A DNA stretch of 40,000 nucleotides from Hirschia litorea (GTDB taxonomy: Bacteria; Pseudomonadota; Alphaproteobacteria; Caulobacterales; Hyphomonadaceae), in the NCBI RefSeq assembly GCF_042665075.1, contig NZ_JBHTBR010000002.1, positions 1,288,987 to 1,328,986 of the forward strand, given 5' to 3'. This document shows positions 34,117 to 40,000 of this stretch, piece by piece. Position 1 is the stretch's first letter; every line of letters starts with the position of its first letter. Both the position numbers and the translations under genes were made by a program. The notes beneath the pieces were generated by a model. It saw nothing but the letters and a program-made list of their open reading frames with translations. It searched no databases and was not told the DNA's origin.

Positions 34117-35487
34117 ATGAGCGCCCATTCGCCCCTCACCCGTAAGGCTGTTTTATCTCAAGCCTGGCCCATCTTGCTTTCTCAAGCCACTATTCCTTTG
34201 GTCGGCTTGGTAGATACAGCAATTATCGGCAAAACAGGGAATGCGATCGAGCTTGCAGGCGTAGCGCTTGGTGCTTCCATTATGGGCTTTATATTCTGGA
34301 GCTTTGGCTTTTTGCGTATGGGCGTCACAGGCCTAACCGCGCAGGCCGATGGCAGCAATAACCAACACGAAGTCCAAGCTCTTCTCATTCGGTCTCTTTT
34401 AATCGCCATTGCGATTGGCGCAGTCCTCACCAGCCTGCAACTCATCGCGATCAAGGGCGCATTCCTTATCTTGCAGGCCAGCGCAGAAACAGAGCAAGCC
34501 GCATCTGGATATGCTTCCGCACGTTTTTGGGGCGCACCCGCTGCACTTGCTGGGTACGCTATAAATGGCTGGCTGCTGGGATTAGGCAAAAGCGGATGGG
34601 CACTCGCACTTCAAATCATCGCCAACACCGCAAATATTATCTTCGATCTTTATTTCGTACTTGGCTTGAATATGGGTGCAGAAGGTGTTGGCTGGGGCAC
34701 AGCAGCCGCAGAATGGACAGCCTTCCTTGTAGGCATCAGCCTTTGTGCCGCGCTCATCCTCAAAAATGGTGGTTTCTTTAAAGGCGTTTTTGCCGCTTCA
34801 TCTATTTTCAATGCGCAGCGCCTCACACACATGTTCAATGTCAATATCGACATCATGGTCCGCACAATGGCCCTTCTTGGCTTGATGACATGGTTTGCAA
34901 ATTCAGGAGCAAAGCAAGGTGATGTCCAATTGGCGGCAAATCATGTTCTCATGCAAATGCTCACCATATCCGCTTTTGTATTAGATGCTTTTGCAGTCAC
35001 AGCCGAAGCGCGAATTGGCGCAGCGATTGGTGCAAATTCCAAACCGCGATTTTGGCGTGCAATCCGTCTTACTACCGAATTTGCCTTTGCTGGAGCACTC
35101 CTTGCCTCACTCCTCATTTATTTTGGCGGCAGTGCTTTTATTCATCTCATTATGGAAAATCCAGATGTAAGAGCCGCCGCCATCACTTTTCTTCCTATGG
35201 CCGCGCTTGCCCCCATTCTTGGCGTATCGAGCTGGCAACTGGACGGTATCTTCATCGGTTCCACCCAAACCTCCGCCATGCGAACTAGCACACTCATAAC
35301 CTTGTGCATCTACATTGGCTTAGATCTAATGCTGCAACCCTATGGTAATTGGGGGGTTTGGATAGCATTCATATCCTCTTACATATTACGTGGAGTTACA
35401 TTGGGAGCCTTTCTCCCTCGCCTTATTCAGCATATTGATGCCAAAGCACATGAACACAGCAAGGATACACATGTCTCAAACGCCTAA
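34117..35487 (+). CDS. MATE-family efflux transporter (DinF-like)
   Basis: 456 aa with about 12 TM helices. The N-terminal QAWPILLSQATIPLVGLVDTAIIG is characteristic of MATE/DinF proteins. Confidence 0.85.
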   Translation: MSAHSPLTRKAVLSQAWPILLSQATIPLVGLVDTAIIGKTGNAIELAGVALGASIMGFIFWSFGFLRMGVTGLTAQADGSNNQHEVQALLIRSLLIAIAIGAVLTSLQLIAIKGAFLILQASAETEQAASGYASARFWGAPAALAGYAINGWLLGLGKSGWALALQIIANTANIIFDLYFVLGLNMGAEGVGWGTAAAEWTAFLVGISLCAALILKNGGFFKGVFAASSIFNAQRLTHMFNVNIDIMVRTMALLGLMTWFANSGAKQGDVQLAANHVLMQMLTISAFVLDAFAVTAEARIGAAIGANSKPRFWRAIRLTTEFAFAGALLASLLIYFGGSAFIHLIMENPDVRAAAITFLPMAALAPILGVSSWQLDGIFIGSTQTSAMRTSTLITLCIYIGLDLMLQPYGNWGVWIAFISSYILRGVTLGAFLPRLIQHIDAKAHEHSKDTHVSNA

Positions 35488-35935
35488 CTCCCCTCTTGAA
35501 GCCGAAGTCGCCCAAGAAGAAGGCGCGCTAGAGATCACATCAGCTCAGTCCAGCAAACTCAAAGACATGGAAGCGCTCGCCCGCCTTCTTGATTCACGCT
35601 TCACCATTCCCGGCTTGAATGTAAAATATGGGATTGATGGTTTAATCGGCCTCATTCCCGGCATTGGCGATGTTCTCACAGCTTTGCTAGGGTTTTACAT
35701 TATCGCCCGATCTGTCGTTTTAGGCGGATCATTCTTTCTTATTGTGCGCATGCTGTTTAATCTCCTCATAGATGTCACGCTTGGTGCCATCCCTTTGGTA
35801 GGAGACTTTTTCGACTTTGCCTTCAGATCAAATGCAAACAATGTAAAAATGCTCATCAAGCATATGGATAAGCAAAACCGCAAAGCCGAAGCCAAGGCAC
35901 AAAAAGCAGCCCTCAAAGCGCAAAGCCGCGCCTAA
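35471..35935 (+). CDS. DUF4112-domain membrane protein
   Basis: It has the LLDSRFTIPG..YGIDGLIGLIPGIGD block. The ATG at 35471 is preceded by AAGGA and overlaps the MATE stop. Confidence 0.7.
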   Translation: MSQTPNSPLEAEVAQEEGALEITSAQSSKLKDMEALARLLDSRFTIPGLNVKYGIDGLIGLIPGIGDVLTALLGFYIIARSVVLGGSFFLIVRMLFNLLIDVTLGAIPLVGDFFDFAFRSNANNVKMLIKHMDKQNRKAEAKAQKAALKAQSRA

Positions 35936-37020
35936 AGGTCCGCCCCGACAGCCTCACCGATGTTTGCAAACCCATCCGCTTCCAGCAATTTAGCCAAACC
36001 ATTGAGTATCTGCGGCACCATCGCAGCGCCGCCATATACGAGCGCAGAATATAACTGCACAGCATGGGCACCCGCCCGAATTTTCGCATAGGCTGATTGG
36101 GCATCATACACACCGCCCGCCCCTATAATATCAAGTCGGCCGTCGCTGACACGCGCCACTTTTCTAAGCACATGTGTCGATAGCTCAAATACGGGTTTGC
36201 CAGACAATCCCCCCATTTGAGATGCACTCTCGCTCATCAAATTATCGGGGCGGGAAATTGTCGTATTTGATACGATCAGTCCCGTCATCCCGTCTGCCTG
36301 CACAACTGCCGAAACGATATCGTTGATAGCTTCATCATCAATATCAGGTGCAATTTTCAAAAACACCGGTTTCTTCACATTATGCACATCTTGCATACGT
36401 GATATCGCTTTGCTTGCAGCACCCAATAAAGCGGTCAATTCCCCTTTATCCTGCAAGCCGCGCAAACCTGGCGTATTGGGCGAAGAAATATTAAGCGTCA
36501 GATAGCTGCAATAAGGCCAGACCGCTTCAATTCCCTCCACATAATCAGCAATTCGTTTTTCACCCTGAGAGGTTTTATTCGCCCCCACATTCGCGCCGAC
36601 AACCAAGTCTAAATCAGCATGGGTTTTTAGCCGCGATACAAATGCATCCAAACCAGCATTATTAAACCCCATCCGATTTATCACGCCCAAATCTTCTTTC
36701 AGGCGAAACAAACGTGGCTTAGGGTTTCCAGCTTGAGGCAATGGCGTCACCGTCCCGCATTCAACAAACCCAAACCCCATGCGCAGCGTGGGAGCAGCCA
36801 CCTCACAATTCTTGTCGAACCCCGCAGCCACCCCTAAAACAGACGGCAAGCACAAGCCCGACACGGGCATATCAGTTCGTAAAACCTCAAGCGTTTCCGA
36901 TGATAACGGCGCCATTTTACGCACTACCCCAGCCTTCAAAGCCGCGATTGTCGCGCTGTGAGCTGTCTCGGGCGGCAATAATTGCACTAATTTCAACCCA
37001 ATATCATCAATGATCGGCAT
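35932..37020 (-). CDS. pyrD: Dihydroorotate dehydrogenase (quinone), class 2
   Basis: 362 aa with the motifs GFDKN, GFGFVECGTVTP, NRMGFNN, NISSPNTPGLR and GGLSG. Confidence 0.95.
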   Translation of the reverse strand: MPIIDDIGLKLVQLLPPETAHSATIAALKAGVVRKMAPLSSETLEVLRTDMPVSGLCLPSVLGVAAGFDKNCEVAAPTLRMGFGFVECGTVTPLPQAGNPKPRLFRLKEDLGVINRMGFNNAGLDAFVSRLKTHADLDLVVGANVGANKTSQGEKRIADYVEGIEAVWPYCSYLTLNISSPNTPGLRGLQDKGELTALLGAASKAISRMQDVHNVKKPVFLKIAPDIDDEAINDIVSAVVQADGMTGLIVSNTTISRPDNLMSESASQMGGLSGKPVFELSTHVLRKVARVSDGRLDIIGAGGVYDAQSAYAKIRAGAHAVQLYSALVYGGAAMVPQILNGLAKLLEADGFANIGEAVGADL

Positions 37021-37383
37021 TTAAGACAACTCAAAGTTTAGCGCATCTTCTGGCGCGATTGGAGCACCATTTGGTCCCAATTCCATATCCCACGCATACA
37101 CAGCTTGAGAGGCAAAAACATCACCATAAACATGAGGAAACAAATCACCGCCGCGCGATTCTTCCCACTTTATTGTATCTTTAAAATCCTGCGCATCGAA
37201 AGCAATAAGCACTGCATTTTCAACACCTTGAAACCACTTATCTAGCGTCTCTTGCACTTGGTCAGCAGTTGAAAAATGAACATATCCATCCGCAATATCT
37301 ACCGCAACCTGCACACATTCACCGCCCAAAGCAGCTTGCCATGTTGGTTTGTCGAGAATCTTTAATATCAATCTTTTTTGCAT
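37021..37383 (-). CDS. DUF952-domain protein
   Basis: 120 aa with DGYVHFST...Q and FPHVYG motifs. Its stop abuts the pyrD start (TAAATG). Confidence 0.75.
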   Translation of the reverse strand: MQKRLILKILDKPTWQAALGGECVQVAVDIADGYVHFSTADQVQETLDKWFQGVENAVLIAFDAQDFKDTIKWEESRGGDLFPHVYGDVFASQAVYAWDMELGPNGAPIAPEDALNFELS

Positions 37384-37687
37384 ATCTTATCCATGACGAA
37401 GAACAGGGGTAAAATCCAGTATATTCTGAATTTAAACCAAAAATCTTCCCTTCCCCTCAGAAACTTCCAACACCTAACAACGCAAAACTGAAAAAATCTC
37501 CAAATAGGACGTTCTCCTATCGCGCGTAAACGACTAGAACTATCATCTTGTGTGCAAATTCTAATTTGTTTTGTGTAAAATTAAATTCGATTTTGCGACC
37601 GATTGTATAGTGTAAGTTGATAAATCCCAGTATCGCGGTGCGCTTATAAACGTGCCGTGTACAATACTCAAAAGACGTAGAGAAGTT

Positions 37688-39157
37688 ATGGAAACCGAAA
37701 CTGTATTGCCTGCCAAATTGAAAGAAATTCAAGAGGCGCTAGAAAACAAAAACCGTAACAAAGCTGCGCGTCTTTTGACCGAGCAAGCAAAAGACCTACC
37801 CGAGGAAACAGTACACCGTCTTGGCCTCGCTCAACTTGCTGCGACAATCGGTGAAACAGCAACAACACGCTTTTACGCAACACACGCCGTCGCCACGGAC
37901 TCCAGCTCTACAACAGCGCTCCGCGCCGCGACACTTTTGGCCGATGTGGGTGATTATGTGAACGCTCTAAAAATGGCAAATCGTGTTGTAAAAACAGCAA
38001 AAGAATTTGCCCCAGGATGGAATATTCAAGGCACGCTACAAGCACAATTTGGTATGTTTGAAGAAGCTGAAGAAAGCTTGAAAAAAGCAATTTTCATCCA
38101 ACCCAAAGTGGGCGCACACTGGCTGGAATTAGCTTCATTTCACCAATTTACGAAGTCAGACCAAGTTGCTGCTGATATGTTGAAAATACAATCAACTATG
38201 TCGTCAACATCTCCATCAAACCAAGCAATCTTCCTTTTTGCGATATCAAAAATGCTTGAAGATTTGGGTGAACAGGAACAATCTTGGCATGCGCTCAGCA
38301 ATGCGTGTGGTCACATGCACAAAATCGTTCAATATGACCACGCTGCGAACACGAAGAGCGTTGATTCTGTACTAGCCTCACTCTCTCAAAACACATACGC
38401 CCAGCTTAAACCTAGCCCAGACACATCTAATCGCCCAATCTTCGTATTCGGCAATCTGCGCTCTGGCGGCACGTTGGTGCAGCGCATGCTTGTGGGGCAC
38501 CCTGACGTCAGTGGTGGTGACACAATGGGCTTGATGTCTCTGGCGGCAACCGCACTTACAGGTATTGGTCCAGATGAGCTCGTTGGCGTACAATCAAAAT
38601 ATGAGAATCCTTGGCGTGATATAGCCGCTGCTTATCACCATATGGTGAAATCACGCTTTGGTGCTGAAGGCCGCATTGTTGACCGCACAATGGCTCAAGC
38701 ACGCCTCGCGCCCCTCATCCACCATGTGATGCCAAATGCCCCACTTATTTGGGTGCGCCGTAACCTAGAGGATACAGCCTACTCTCAACTAAAAACATGC
38801 TTTGCAAGCGGTGGTCGTTGGACCTTCAACCTAGAGACTTTAGGCCAGCACATGGCTCAGGAAGAAAAACTCTTTGAAGCCATTTCCCAAGCACTTGGAG
38901 ATAAGCTCCTTGTTGTAAATTACGAAGACATTGTTGCAGATCCACAAGCTCAACGTGCTCGCATTTACGCACATTGTGGCCTCACAGCCGATGCAGACAT
39001 TGCAGAGACACACACGCTTACAAACAATTCAGTTCTTACATCCAGCACCTACGCTATAAATCAACCGATCAACACAAATTCAGTTGGCAATAGTGAGCAA
39101 TTTTCAAAACACATGGATGCATTCCGTACAGCCTATGCAAACACAAAAGCCACCTAA
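37688..39157 (+). CDS. TPR-repeat protein fused to a sulfotransferase domain
   Basis: The N-terminal half is TPR-like. The C-terminal half carries PAPS-binding-like motifs: FVFGNLRSGGTLVQRML (5'-PSB) and WVRRNLEDTAYS (3'-PB). The ORF track's alternative start is 37652. Confidence 0.8.
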   Translation: METETVLPAKLKEIQEALENKNRNKAARLLTEQAKDLPEETVHRLGLAQLAATIGETATTRFYATHAVATDSSSTTALRAATLLADVGDYVNALKMANRVVKTAKEFAPGWNIQGTLQAQFGMFEEAEESLKKAIFIQPKVGAHWLELASFHQFTKSDQVAADMLKIQSTMSSTSPSNQAIFLFAISKMLEDLGEQEQSWHALSNACGHMHKIVQYDHAANTKSVDSVLASLSQNTYAQLKPSPDTSNRPIFVFGNLRSGGTLVQRMLVGHPDVSGGDTMGLMSLAATALTGIGPDELVGVQSKYENPWRDIAAAYHHMVKSRFGAEGRIVDRTMAQARLAPLIHHVMPNAPLIWVRRNLEDTAYSQLKTCFASGGRWTFNLETLGQHMAQEEKLFEAISQALGDKLLVVNYEDIVADPQAQRARIYAHCGLTADADIAETHTLTNNSVLTSSTYAINQPINTNSVGNSEQFSKHMDAFRTAYANTKAT

Positions 39158-39208
39158 AGGGGCTTCACATCACACTCAGAATACCCTTTAAGGGTATATC
39201 ATTAGCCC

Positions 39209-39241
39209 GCCCCATCTCATCATGGGGCTGGTTTTGTTTTA
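39209..39241 (+). terminator. Rho-independent terminator
   Basis: GCCCCAT-CTCATC-ATGGGGC (39209-39228) is followed by TGGTTTTGTTTT. Confidence 0.8.
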
Positions 39242-39332
39242 TCTGCGAATCTGCTTCTCTCCCTTTTTGCGTGGGCTCACTCTTTCCCTGACTTCCTGCG
39301 CGCCTATCGTCCTGCTATAGATTGCCTACCCC

Positions 39333-40000
39333 ATGCAAAAAACTCACGGAAAAAACGCATTCTTCTTTGTTCTCGTCGTGGTCCTATTGGATATGATCGG
39401 CTTTGGATTGGTTATGCCCGTCATGCCTGCGCTTATCAGCGAATTAACAGGCAAACCCGAAGCGGACGCCGTTTTGTGGGCAGGTCCAATTATCGCCGTA
39501 TATGCGCTAATGAATTTTCTCTTCAGTCCATTATTGGGCAGCTTGTCTGATAGGTTTGGTCGTCGTCCTGTTATTCTGATATCCGTGGCAACATTAGGGA
39601 TTAATTTTCTAATCACCGGATTGGCCACCTCCATCTGGATATTGTTTATCGGCCGCGTGCTTTCAGGGATTTCCGGCGCAACATTCTCTACAGCCAATGC
39701 ATATATTGCTGATGTCACGGAGCCAGAAAACCGTGGTAAGGCTTTTGGTATGGTTGGCGCAATGTTTGGATTAGGCTTCATCATTGGGCCTGTGGTGGGC
39801 GGTTATCTAGGCGCAATTGACAGCCGTGCACCCTTCTTCGCAGCAGCGACGTTATCCCTTATCAGTGTTATCTACGGCATATTCGTTTTGCCCGAATCCC
39901 TAACACCTGAAAATCGTCGCCCTTTCAGCATTATGCGAGCCAACCCGTTTGGTGCTATCGCGCACTTTTCCAAATTACCGCATATAGCATGGCTATTGCT
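39333..40000 (+). CDS. MFS transporter (TetA/TCR-like), 3' end outside window
   Basis: This gene is not in the ORF track because no stop is reached. Translation from the ATG at 39333 gives MQKTHGKNAFFFVLVVVLLDMIGFGLVMPVMPAL.. and the MFS motif A GSLSDRFGRRPV. Confidence 0.85.
   Translation, partial: MQKTHGKNAFFFVLVVVLLDMIGFGLVMPVMPALISELTGKPEADAVLWAGPIIAVYALMNFLFSPLLGSLSDRFGRRPVILISVATLGINFLITGLATSIWILFIGRVLSGISGATFSTANAYIADVTEPENRGKAFGMVGAMFGLGFIIGPVVGGYLGAIDSRAPFFAAATLSLISVIYGIFVLPESLTPENRRPFSIMRANPFGAIAHFSKLPHIAWLL

Noticed and set aside
39344-39784. 146-aa minus-strand ORF
   Set aside because: It is antisense to an open-ended plus-strand MFS transporter gene (39333 to the window end) that carries clear MFS motif A. 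The track misses the real gene only because it has no stop within the window.

Overview
This looks like a chromosomal segment from an alphaproteobacterium. Alph_Pro_TM/TIGR02186-like, UrcA, DUF952 and TPR-sulfotransferase genes support that, and the secreted alpha-carbonic anhydrase and alkaline phosphatase suggest a marine or aquatic host. Positions 1-14.3 kb and 29.2-40 kb carry ordinary core genes: hydrolases, an MscS channel, tandem receiver-domain proteins, alkaline phosphatase, an HPP-CBS protein, recQ, an HDAC-family protein, MlaC-like, MATE, pyrD and an MFS transporter. Between the HPP-CBS gene and recQ sits a discrete 13,885-bp insertion (14323-28207). It is bounded by a 17-bp perfect terminal inverted repeat core (GGGGTATAGTGATATCC) and flanked by an exact 14-bp direct repeat (CCCGCGAAGGCGGG). 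The insertion encodes a stand-alone Cas1 with no Cas2 and no CRISPR array, a family B DNA polymerase with all exonuclease and polymerase motifs, and an HNH nuclease. That gene set, together with a 14-bp duplication, is the signature of a casposon (a Cas1-dependent self-synthesizing transposon). Inside the same inverted repeats the element also carries a SIR2-HerA pair and a 1480-aa TIR-nSTAND NTPase-TM-16xWD40 protein whose WD40 repeats are nearly identical at the DNA level. The main hypothesis is therefore a bacterial casposon acting as a vehicle for immune or conflict modules. Secondary observations are an 825-bp ORF-free gap with a GC-rich core containing several helices (candidate structured RNA), a tandem pair of 309-aa receiver-domain paralogs sharing an Arg-rich YIGPCRRR motif (one of them degenerate), and an AT-rich remnant with a perfect 34-bp palindrome next to the insertion site. 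All family assignments come from reading motifs by eye. No database search or computation was run.
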